Part shown: positions 1-7,245 of the stretch, one piece after another
Position numbering within the stretch: position 1 is the first letter of the stretch
Layout of the letters: the number at the start of each line of letters is the position of its first letter
Assembly: GCA_040081625.1 (NCBI GenBank)
Contig: JBEBGD010000101.1
Location: 1 to 19,991, forward strand
DNA from: Chthoniobacteraceae bacterium
GTDB taxonomy: Bacteria; Verrucomicrobiota; Verrucomicrobiia; Chthoniobacterales; Chthoniobacteraceae
Direction of reading: 5' to 3'
Length of the DNA: 19,991 bases
Program-made: the position numbers and the translations under genes
The notes under the pieces: model-generated
Told to the model about the DNA's origin: nothing
The model's input: only the letters and a program-made list of their open reading frames with translations
The model's database searches: none

Positions 1-63
1 CACTCACGCCGTTTCAGGCCGGGCGCTAGCAGGCGGAAGCGGCCCCGCTCAGCCGCGCGGATC

Positions 64-594
64 CTACTCCGGCGGCAGAAAGCCCCGCGCGAACCCGAGC
101 GCGGCGACCACCTGCGACAGCTCCGCGCCCACCTCGCGCCGGATCGCCGTGAGCGCGCCCACATATTCCTCCATCACCCGCAGCGCATCCTCGCCCATCT
201 CCTTCCCGGCAAAAAGCTCCGGCAGCCCCGCCCCGAAATCCAACCCGAGCTGCACCATCCCCGCCGGGATCTCCACGCCTAGGTCGTAGTTGCTCAGCAG
301 CAGGCGCCGCTTGCGATGCGTCGTCTGCCCGCACGCATCCAGGAACCACGTCGGCGAGCCGGTCGAATCCGCGTGCAGCAGCGTCAGCAACTTCCTCTCG
401 AGATGCCATAGCCGCAGCGGCGCCGCCTCGCTCACGCCGAAGGTGCGCAGGAAAACCACGGTCCGCAGAAAGGCGAGATAACACTCCGCATAGCCCGCGC
501 CCTCGACCACCGGCAGCCCGAAGCGCGTCTGCATCCCGCGCAGGAGCAGCGGCGAACGATTCAGCAGGCGGGCGAGATCGCCAAAGGTGTGCAT
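64..594 (-). CDS. Hypothetical protein with MerR-like helix-turn-helix N-terminus
   Basis: Part of ORF 64..672. Start chosen at ATG 594, preceded by purine-rich GAGGGA. N-terminus MHTFGDLARLLNRSPLLLRGMQTRFGLP...GY...LRTVVFLRTFGVS follows the MerR spacing (TIGELARL.G.S..TLR...GL.P...GY...LR.I..LR.LG.S). The C-terminal half is not recognised. Confidence 0.6.
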   Translation of the reverse strand: MHTFGDLARLLNRSPLLLRGMQTRFGLPVVEGAGYAECYLAFLRTVVFLRTFGVSEAAPLRLWHLERKLLTLLHADSTGSPTWFLDACGQTTHRKRRLLLSNYDLGVEIPAGMVQLGLDFGAGLPELFAGKEMGEDALRVMEEYVGALTAIRREVGAELSQVVAALGFARGFLPPE

Positions 595-672
595 CCATCC
601 CTCACTATCCCGCCCGTCCCGCGCGCACCATCTTCTTCCACAAGCCCCCGAGCGCATCCACACCATCGTCAC

Positions 673-708
673 CGCCCCGGCGCCGGAGTGAGGCCGGGGC
701 GAATTTTT
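673..708 (+). terminator. GC-rich hairpin with short T tract (possible intrinsic terminator)
   Basis: CGCCCCGGC (673-681) pairs with GCCGGGGCG (693-701), has an 11-nt loop and is followed by AATTTTT. The T tract is on the + strand while both flanking genes are on the - strand, so function is uncertain. Confidence 0.3.
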
Positions 709-740
709 ACCGTATCCTCCGCCGGCGCAAGGCGCGGCGC

Positions 741-757
741 ACGTCCCTCCGGGACGT
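741..757. repeat. Short intergenic palindrome ACGTCCC-TCC-GGGACGT
   Basis: Perfect 7-bp inverted repeat with a 3-nt loop, downstream of the hydrolase gene. Only one copy was noticed in the window. Confidence 0.35.
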
Positions 758-819
758 AGGCCCGGCCACTCCGCCTAGCCACGAGATCGGCCCCACGGAC
801 GACGTGATGGGCGGTCAGC

Positions 820-1695
820 TCACTTCAGCTTCTCGGCGAGGAAGCCGAAGATGTCGGGGTGCTTCACGCTGGTCGCGCCGGTGTAGTTGAACTCGCACTC
901 GACACCGGCGGCCTCGAGCGTCTCCGCGAGCTTCACGCCGAAGTTGGCGGAGTGCGGCGGGTCTTTCGCCGGCTGGCCGAGCGCGGGCGCGGAGTCGTAG
1001 AAAAGATACGTCGGCGGATCGTCGGGCGAGACGAGCGAGAGCGGCGAAAACTCCGCGATCCACGGCAGCAGCTTTTCGCGCTGTTCGAGAAAGTCCTGGT
1101 AGCCCGGCAGCGCGAAGGCGTGGTGGCCGTAGTCGTTGTTCGGGATCCATTCGCGCATCAGCGCCGGGTCGAGCGTGGTCTGCGGGACGAAGGTGAGCAC
1201 GCACCGCAGCCGCGTGGATTCGCGCGCGATGGGATCGGCGCTCGTCGCGTCCGCCATGTCGGGATGAAACGCGAGCCACAGACTCGTGAAGCCGCCCGCG
1301 CTTCCGCCGCAACCGGCGATGCGCGCCTTGTCGATGTTCCACTCGCCGGCCTTGCTGCGGACGAATTGCAGCGCGCGCGCCGCGTCCTCGAGACACGCCT
1401 TCACCGGCGGATTCACGCCTTCCGCGATGGCGTCGGGGATGAAGCGGTAGTTGATCGAGACGACGGAGATTCCCGCGCCGACGCAGTTCGCGAGGAAGTC
1501 CGGGTTCGCCTTGTCGCCGTTCATCCACCCGCCGCCGTGAACGAAAAACAGACACGCGGTCGGCGACGCGGCGTCCGCTTTCCAAAAGTCGACCACCTGC
1601 CGCTCATGCGTCCCATACCTCACATTGGTCGCAGTCGGCATCTGCCCGTGAGCTGCCGCGACGAGCAGCGCGAAGACGAGCGCGCACAAGATCAT
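820..1695 (-). CDS. Secreted alpha/beta hydrolase (HSL/Aes-like esterase-lipase)
   Basis: Signal peptide MILCALVFALLVAAAHG. Oxyanion motif FVHGGGW, SINYR, nucleophile elbow GGSAGG, and a candidate catalytic His in DPPHS. ATGA overlap with the GMC gene. Confidence 0.9.
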   Translation of the reverse strand: MILCALVFALLVAAAHGQMPTATNVRYGTHERQVVDFWKADAASPTACLFFVHGGGWMNGDKANPDFLANCVGAGISVVSINYRFIPDAIAEGVNPPVKACLEDAARALQFVRSKAGEWNIDKARIAGCGGSAGGFTSLWLAFHPDMADATSADPIARESTRLRCVLTFVPQTTLDPALMREWIPNNDYGHHAFALPGYQDFLEQREKLLPWIAEFSPLSLVSPDDPPTYLFYDSAPALGQPAKDPPHSANFGVKLAETLEAAGVECEFNYTGATSVKHPDIFGFLAEKLK

Positions 1696-3464
1696 GCCGG
1701 CGCGGAGATGCTCCCGTCCTTCACTCCCGCGAGCAGGTGCTCGCTGGCGCGAATCGCGAGCGCCATGATCGTGAGCGTCGGATTCTTGTAAGGGCTGCTC
1801 GCGAAGACGCCCGCATCAGCGACGGCGATGTTCGGGCAATCCCACACGCCGCTGAACGGATTCGTGACGCCGTCGGCAGCCTTCGCGCTCATGCGGGTGA
1901 CACCCATCTCGTGATTCACGCTGCCGCCGGCGGTCATCACGCTGGTCGCGTCCTTGATCGGCTGGCGCGTGATCTTGCCGCCCGCGGCCTCGATCATCTC
2001 GGCGAAGGTGCGCTGCATGTGCTCGACCTGGCGCACCTCGTAGTCGTTCCACTTCCAATGGAAACGCAGCACCGGGATGCCGAAGCGATCCTTCTTCACC
2101 GGATCGATCTCGGCGAAGCAGTGCTCATTCGGCACCATCTCGCCGCGGCCCGCAGCGCTGACGAAGGAGCCGAAGTAACGCCGCGCTTCCTCCTTCAGCT
2201 TCGTGCCGAAGAGCGCGCCGCCATTCGGCCCGAGCGACACGCTGCCGCCCGGCATCCGCCGCCCGCCGCCGAAGGTCGTGTAGTAGCCGCGCGGCGAACC
2301 CGCGGCCTTCGCGCTGCGCGCCTGCACGTCGGACCACGGCGCGTAGAGGTGCGGGAAGGACACGCCGTCTTCGTTGTGCAGCGGCATGTTTTCGAGCGCG
2401 GGGATCTGCCCGCTCATGTCGCCCGCGGTGGAGTCGGCGAGCCAGCGGCCGAGGTGGCCGGTGCTGTTGCCGAGGCCATTCGCGAAGCGCGCCGAGCGGC
2501 TGTTGAACAAGATGCGCGCCGACTCGCACGCGCTCGCGCCGAGCACAACCGCACGCGCGGCGACGTGCTCTTCCTTGCCGGATTCCTTGTCGAAGAAATG
2601 CACGCCATTCGCGCGTCCCCGCGCATCGAGCGTCACTTCGCGCACGTGGGCGTTCGTGATTACGTCGAGGTTTCCCGTCTCGAGCGCATAAGGGATGAGC
2701 GAGGTCGTGCTTTGGAAGGCCGCGCCGATCGAGCAGCCGCGCGAGCACGGCGTGGCGTAGAAGCACGGCGCGCGGCCGGGCATCGGCTTCGTGAGCACCG
2801 CGACACGCGACGAGATCACCCGGATGCCGAGCTTTTTCGCGCCGCGCTGAAAGAGCAGCTCGTAAGCGCGAGGCTTCGGCGGCGTGTGGAAGAAGTCGCT
2901 ATCGGGATCGTTCCGCAGCCCTTCCTTCGAGCCGAAGATGCCGACAATCTGGTCGGTGCGATCGTAAAACGGCGCGATGTCTTCGTAGCTGATCGGCCAG
3001 TCCACGCCGAGTCCGTCGGTGCTGCGCGGCTTGAAGTCGTCCGGCCCCATCCGCAGCGAGACGCGACCCCAATGGTTCGTGCGACCGCCGAGCATCCGCG
3101 AGCGCCACCACATGAAGTTCTGATCGGTCGCATCGCGCTTGGCAAAGGTTCCGTCCTGCCACTGCTCGCTGGCCTTGTTCTTCACCGTGTAAGGCTCGCC
3201 CTTCACCACCCACCCGCCGATCGTCGCGTCGAAGAAACCATACGGCTTGTCCGGCGTGTTCGCGCCGCGCAGCGGAGCATCGGCATTCGTCTGGAACATC
3301 GGCGTCTCGGTGACTGGATCGTATTTCCGGCCCGCTTCGAGCATGAGCACTTTCGCGCCCGCTTTCGCGAGCGTGAGCGCGGCCATGCCGCCCGCGGCGC
3401 CGCTGCCGACAACGACCACGTCGTAGCGCGCGGCGCGAGTCCTGGATGTGTTGAGGAAGGCCAT
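1692..3464 (-). CDS. GMC-family FAD-dependent oxidoreductase (sugar/glycoside dehydrogenase large subunit)
   Basis: FAD-binding YDVVVVGSGAAGG...LMLEAG, LGGRTNHWG, DWPISY, Cys cluster CFYATPCSRGC, and C-terminal HEMG and NPTLTIMALA catalytic motifs. Confidence 0.95.
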   Translation of the reverse strand: MAFLNTSRTRAARYDVVVVGSGAAGGMAALTLAKAGAKVLMLEAGRKYDPVTETPMFQTNADAPLRGANTPDKPYGFFDATIGGWVVKGEPYTVKNKASEQWQDGTFAKRDATDQNFMWWRSRMLGGRTNHWGRVSLRMGPDDFKPRSTDGLGVDWPISYEDIAPFYDRTDQIVGIFGSKEGLRNDPDSDFFHTPPKPRAYELLFQRGAKKLGIRVISSRVAVLTKPMPGRAPCFYATPCSRGCSIGAAFQSTTSLIPYALETGNLDVITNAHVREVTLDARGRANGVHFFDKESGKEEHVAARAVVLGASACESARILFNSRSARFANGLGNSTGHLGRWLADSTAGDMSGQIPALENMPLHNEDGVSFPHLYAPWSDVQARSAKAAGSPRGYYTTFGGGRRMPGGSVSLGPNGGALFGTKLKEEARRYFGSFVSAAGRGEMVPNEHCFAEIDPVKKDRFGIPVLRFHWKWNDYEVRQVEHMQRTFAEMIEAAGGKITRQPIKDATSVMTAGGSVNHEMGVTRMSAKAADGVTNPFSGVWDCPNIAVADAGVFASSPYKNPTLTIMALAIRASEHLLAGVKDGSISAPA

Positions 3465-3470
3465 GATGAA

Positions 3471-4079
3471 TTACGCGAGTCCGACGTGCTTGAGCGCCTC
3501 GGGAGTCGGGCCGGGAAATTCCGAGAGCGGCACGTTGCCCGTGTAGCCGATCGCCTTCCAACCCTCCTGCGTGGAGAAGTAGCCACCCGCCACGCGATCA
3601 CGGAAGAGCTTGAAGAAGTTGTAGCCCGCCTTCCGCGCCGGCGTGCCGTCCTTCACGATGTCCTCGACGATCGCCACCTGCCGCGCCGCGTCGCACTCCG
3701 CGAAGCCTTTGCCGGAGCGCGTCTTCGCCTCGCCATCGATCCACGCGAGCCCGGCGCGGATCGCCTTCAAGTCTTTCTGCTGCTCCTCGTAGGGCGCGCT
3801 CACCCACTCATCGATGAAGTCCGGCACACCGACCGCGCTCGCCGCGGGACCATATTCGTCGGCGGGAATGATGATGTCGCCGAGCGCAGTCACGATCCGC
3901 ATTTCCTCCGCCGTGAACAGACGCGGCCACGGGATTTCCTTCCTCAGCAAATTCGGATCAGTGCCGATGCCGCGGATGTCGTCCGCGGCGAACGCCGTGA
4001 TGTCGAGCGCCGTCGCCATCGCCGATGCGGCGAGGATTCGTCGCAGAGCTTCGCGGCGGGAAAGTGGAAGTGGGTTCAT
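3471..4079 (-). CDS. Gluconate 2-dehydrogenase subunit 3 family protein (Tat-exported small subunit)
   Basis: Twin-arginine signal LSRREALRRI plus a hydrophobic stretch, then IIPADEYGPAASAVGVPDFID and GGYFSTQEGWKAIGYTGN. Lies directly upstream of the GMC gene. The start could instead be 4091 or 4109. Confidence 0.9.
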   Translation of the reverse strand: MNPLPLSRREALRRILAASAMATALDITAFAADDIRGIGTDPNLLRKEIPWPRLFTAEEMRIVTALGDIIIPADEYGPAASAVGVPDFIDEWVSAPYEEQQKDLKAIRAGLAWIDGEAKTRSGKGFAECDAARQVAIVEDIVKDGTPARKAGYNFFKLFRDRVAGGYFSTQEGWKAIGYTGNVPLSEFPGPTPEALKHVGLA

Positions 4080-4191
4080 GGGCGAGCGCATCAACCTCTG
4101 CGTAGTCATACGACTTAGCCCGAACGAGGCAAAGCCCCTCGCCGCGACGCTTCACCCGTAAAGACTGATTCCGCCATCATTCGGCGACGCC

Positions 4192-4220
4192 TTGACCAAT
4201 CCGACATTGCGGGCTGTTAT
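4192..4220 (+). promoter_or_regulatory. Candidate sigma70-like promoter of the S8 gene
   Basis: TTGACC (4192-4197), 17-nt spacer, TGTTAT (4215-4220), then ATG 7 nt later. The -10 match is imperfect. Confidence 0.3.
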
Positions 4221-4227
4221 TGCGCTC

Positions 4228-5886
4228 ATGCGCCATCGCCCGCTTATTCGCCTGCTCGTGCTGGCGTCTCTGCTTGTGGTGGCGACCCTCGTTACGCTGC
4301 GCACGAATCGCGACGTGCTTCCCCCGCCCGCTGCGCCAGAGACTCCCGCGCCCCTCCCGCCGGAGGCGCGCGAAGCCGACGCCGTCGCGCCCGCTCCGCC
4401 GCCGGTCAGCAGCCGCGACCAGCGCGATTTCCTGCTCGCGGAGAAACTGCTCGCGCGGCTGAACGAGACTTTCGCGCAGGAGCAGGGTCGTCTGAACGAA
4501 GCGGTGCTCACCTTTAAGGACGCCGACGCGTATCGCCGCTTCCTCGCACGCGCCGCCGAGTGCGGGTTCAAGGTGCTCGGCCGGCTCGATCGCTTTCACA
4601 CCGTGCGCGTCCGCTACGATTCGCTCGACTCGCTCACCGGCGACCTCGCGAATTTCTCCGGCGACTACAGCGATCTCGACGCGAATTACTTCGTCTATCC
4701 GCCCGACGTGCCGGAGCCCGAGGCGCGCTACGCCGGTCAGTTCGCGCCGATCGGCAATGGCCTGCTCGATTTCCTAGGCGTGACCGGCGACACGAGCAAG
4801 TGGGGCGCGGGCGTGACGATCGCCGTGCTCGACAGCGGAATCGTGGCCGACCCGACCTTCGGGACGAACCGGCTGCGCTTTGTGGATATCGGCCTCGGCA
4901 TCGCACCCGAGGGCGACAACGGCCACGGCACCGCGGTCGCCTCGCTCGCCGGCGGCATGGCCAGCGACGCGATCGGCATCGCGCCCGGCGCGAACCTGCT
5001 GAGCATCCGCGTCACGGGCATGGATGGCTTGAGCGACAGCTTCTCGCTTTCGCAGGGCATCCTCGCCGCAGTCGATGCCGGCGCGCAGATCATCAACGTG
5101 AGCATGGGTTCGTATGCGAACAGCTTCGTGATGACCCACGCGATCGACTACGCGGCCAGCCGCGGCGTGCTCGTGGTCGCCTCGGCGGGCAACGACCAGG
5201 TCGGCCAGCTCACGTGGCCGGCGGCGAATCCTTACGTCATCTCCGTCGGCGCGGTCGATGCCGCCGAGCAGCAGGTCTTCTTCTCGAACTCCGGCGAGGA
5301 ACTCAAGATCGCCGCGCCCGGCTACGGCTTGCAAAGCGCATGGCTCAATGGCCAGCGCGTCTTCATCGACGGCACCTCGGGCAGCGCACCGGTAGTCGCC
5401 GGTTCGATCGCGGCGATGATGTCACAGAATCCCGGCATCACAGCGAGCCAGGCGTGGGGCATCCTGCGCACGCACGCGAGCGACGGCGGCGTGCTCGGGC
5501 CGGACCCGAATTTCGGCAACGGGATCGTGAACCTCGGCTGGGCGATGAACCGGAACGATTTCGGGCGCATCGACACGGCGGTCTCCAGCCAGTTCTTCGA
5601 CGCGAGCCGATCGGAGATGCAGTTCATCGTGCAGAACCGCAGCGCGCCGCACGTGGGCGGGCTCGTGCTCGAGGTGGACGCGGGGATTGCGCGGAAAAAG
5701 TTCACCGTCCCGCAACTCGGCCCCGGCGCCACCTACGCGGTGCGCGTGCCGGTCGATTACTCGACGCTGCAGTTCCTCGGACGGATCGACTACCGCACCA
5801 CGCTCGTGAATCCGGCGGGAATCATCGACGTCCTCCCGGCGAACAACCAGCGCGCGAACCGCATCACGCTCATCGCGCCGCAGTAA
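4228..5886 (+). CDS. S8 (subtilisin-family) serine peptidase with N-terminal signal/anchor, pro-region and CARDB-like C-terminal domain
   Basis: Catalytic motifs IAVLDSG (Asp), NGHGTAVA (His), ASAGND (oxyanion Asn) and DGTSGSAP (Ser). Hydrophobic N-terminus and Pro-rich linker. Tail VQNRS...LGPGAT...DVLPANNQ resembles CARDB. ATG 4228 preferred over TTG 4192. Confidence 0.92.
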   Translation: MRHRPLIRLLVLASLLVVATLVTLRTNRDVLPPPAAPETPAPLPPEAREADAVAPAPPPVSSRDQRDFLLAEKLLARLNETFAQEQGRLNEAVLTFKDADAYRRFLARAAECGFKVLGRLDRFHTVRVRYDSLDSLTGDLANFSGDYSDLDANYFVYPPDVPEPEARYAGQFAPIGNGLLDFLGVTGDTSKWGAGVTIAVLDSGIVADPTFGTNRLRFVDIGLGIAPEGDNGHGTAVASLAGGMASDAIGIAPGANLLSIRVTGMDGLSDSFSLSQGILAAVDAGAQIINVSMGSYANSFVMTHAIDYAASRGVLVVASAGNDQVGQLTWPAANPYVISVGAVDAAEQQVFFSNSGEELKIAAPGYGLQSAWLNGQRVFIDGTSGSAPVVAGSIAAMMSQNPGITASQAWGILRTHASDGGVLGPDPNFGNGIVNLGWAMNRNDFGRIDTAVSSQFFDASRSEMQFIVQNRSAPHVGGLVLEVDAGIARKKFTVPQLGPGATYAVRVPVDYSTLQFLGRIDYRTTLVNPAGIIDVLPANNQRANRITLIAPQ

Positions 5887-5995
5887 GCCGCGCGCGCAAA
5901 GGCATGTGCGCTGCTGATTCACGTTGCGAAATGGAACACCACTGGACTATTGGCCGCGTCTCCATGGCCGCTGCCAATCCGCCGCGCATCCTCGC

Positions 5996-7234
5996 ATGAC
6001 GAAGCCGATCATCGAAATCGATCGCATCTCGAAGCTTTACCGCCTCGGGAGCATCGGCGCGGGCAGCCTGCGCGAGTCGGTCGCGCGCTGGTGGCGCGGA
6101 GCGGGCACCGCCGACCCGCGGGAGTTCTGGGCGCTGCGCGACGTGTCGTTCGAGGTCGCGCCGGGCGAAGTCGTCGGTCTCGTCGGCCACAACGGCGCGG
6201 GCAAATCGACGCTGCTCAAGATCCTCTCGCGCGTGACCGAGCCCACCTCCGGCCGCGCCGTGCTCCGCGGGCGCGCGGCCTCGCTGCTCGAAGTCGGCAC
6301 CGGCTTCCACCCCGACCTCACCGGTCGCGAGAATATCTTCCTCAACGGCGCCATCCTCGGAATGAAGCGCGCGGAGATCGCGCGGAAGTTCGACGACATC
6401 GTCGAGTTCGCGGAGATCGGCGCCTTCCTCGACACGCCGGTGAAACGCTACTCGAGCGGCATGTATGTGCGCCTCGCCTTCGCCGTCGCCGCGCATCTCG
6501 ACCCGGAGATCCTCATCATCGACGAGGTCCTCGCGGTGGGCGACGCAGCCTTCCAGAAAAAGTGCCTCGGCAAAATGCAGGACGTCGCGAGCGGCGGGCG
6601 CACGGTCATCTTCGTGAGCCACAACATGGCCTCCATGCAGGCGCTCTGCGATCGCGCGGTGATGCTCGAGGAAGGCCGCGTCGCCGCGCAGGGCGCCACC
6701 GCCACCGTGCTCGCGCGCTACCTCGCGCGCGGCGGCGAAGACAGCGACACGTGGACGCGCGATCCGGCGACGCCCGCGGACGGCAAGCCGCTGCGCTTTG
6801 AATCCGCGCGCCTGCAACTTGAGGGCGTCGCGCCCCGACAACTGTTGCATCTCGAACTGAAGCTCGCGACCACCGGTCAACACCGTCCTGCATTTGTCGC
6901 AGTGGACATCCTCAACGCACTCGGTGCCTCGATCATGCAGGCACTGCCGACGGTCACGCCTTTCGTCGCCGACGACGCGCCACGACACACGCTGCGGCTG
7001 ACGATCCATCTTCCCCCGCTCATCCCAGGCCACTATCCGCTCAACCTCTGGGCCGGTTCGCATTTCACCGAGACGCACGACTTCGTCGAGCGTGCCCTTG
7101 GCTTTGACATCGACGCATCGCCCACCAAGGGGCGCAGTTTCGACCACGTCGCGGAGCGCGGCTACATCGTCCCCGAGAGCACGTGCGACTACCTGCCCGA
7201 GACGCTGCCGCAACCCGCCAACATCGACGCCTGA
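5996..7234 (+). CDS. wzt: Polysaccharide ABC exporter ATP-binding protein with C-terminal (Wzt_C-like) domain
   Basis: FWALRDVSF, Walker A GHNGAGKST, GFHPDLTGREN, signature PVKRYSSGM, Walker B ILIIDE, LAVGDAAFQKKC and H-loop VSH, followed by a beta-rich extension with L.PG.Y. Confidence 0.95.
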   Translation: MTKPIIEIDRISKLYRLGSIGAGSLRESVARWWRGAGTADPREFWALRDVSFEVAPGEVVGLVGHNGAGKSTLLKILSRVTEPTSGRAVLRGRAASLLEVGTGFHPDLTGRENIFLNGAILGMKRAEIARKFDDIVEFAEIGAFLDTPVKRYSSGMYVRLAFAVAAHLDPEILIIDEVLAVGDAAFQKKCLGKMQDVASGGRTVIFVSHNMASMQALCDRAVMLEEGRVAAQGATATVLARYLARGGEDSDTWTRDPATPADGKPLRFESARLQLEGVAPRQLLHLELKLATTGQHRPAFVAVDILNALGASIMQALPTVTPFVADDAPRHTLRLTIHLPPLIPGHYPLNLWAGSHFTETHDFVERALGFDIDASPTKGRSFDHVAERGYIVPESTCDYLPETLPQPANIDA

Positions 7235-7245
7235 TTTAAACGAAG

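Noticed and set aside
1737..4118. 793-aa plus-strand ORF, and similar long antisense ORFs (859..1791, 5870..7213, 8669..9772, 16494..17546)
   Set aside because: They lie antisense to well-supported genes and have no recognisable motifs. Such shadow ORFs are expected with high-GC codon bias.
5887..5995. Possible wzm remnant, JUMPStart/ops element or terminator upstream of wzt
   Set aside because: Only 109 nt, with no hydrophobic coding remnant, no GGCGGTAG ops motif and no convincing hairpin with a T tract.
4560..5999. 479-aa Arg-rich ORF overlapping the S8 gene, and other same-strand alternative-frame Arg-rich ORFs
   Set aside because: Alternative-frame artefacts of GC-rich coding sequence.
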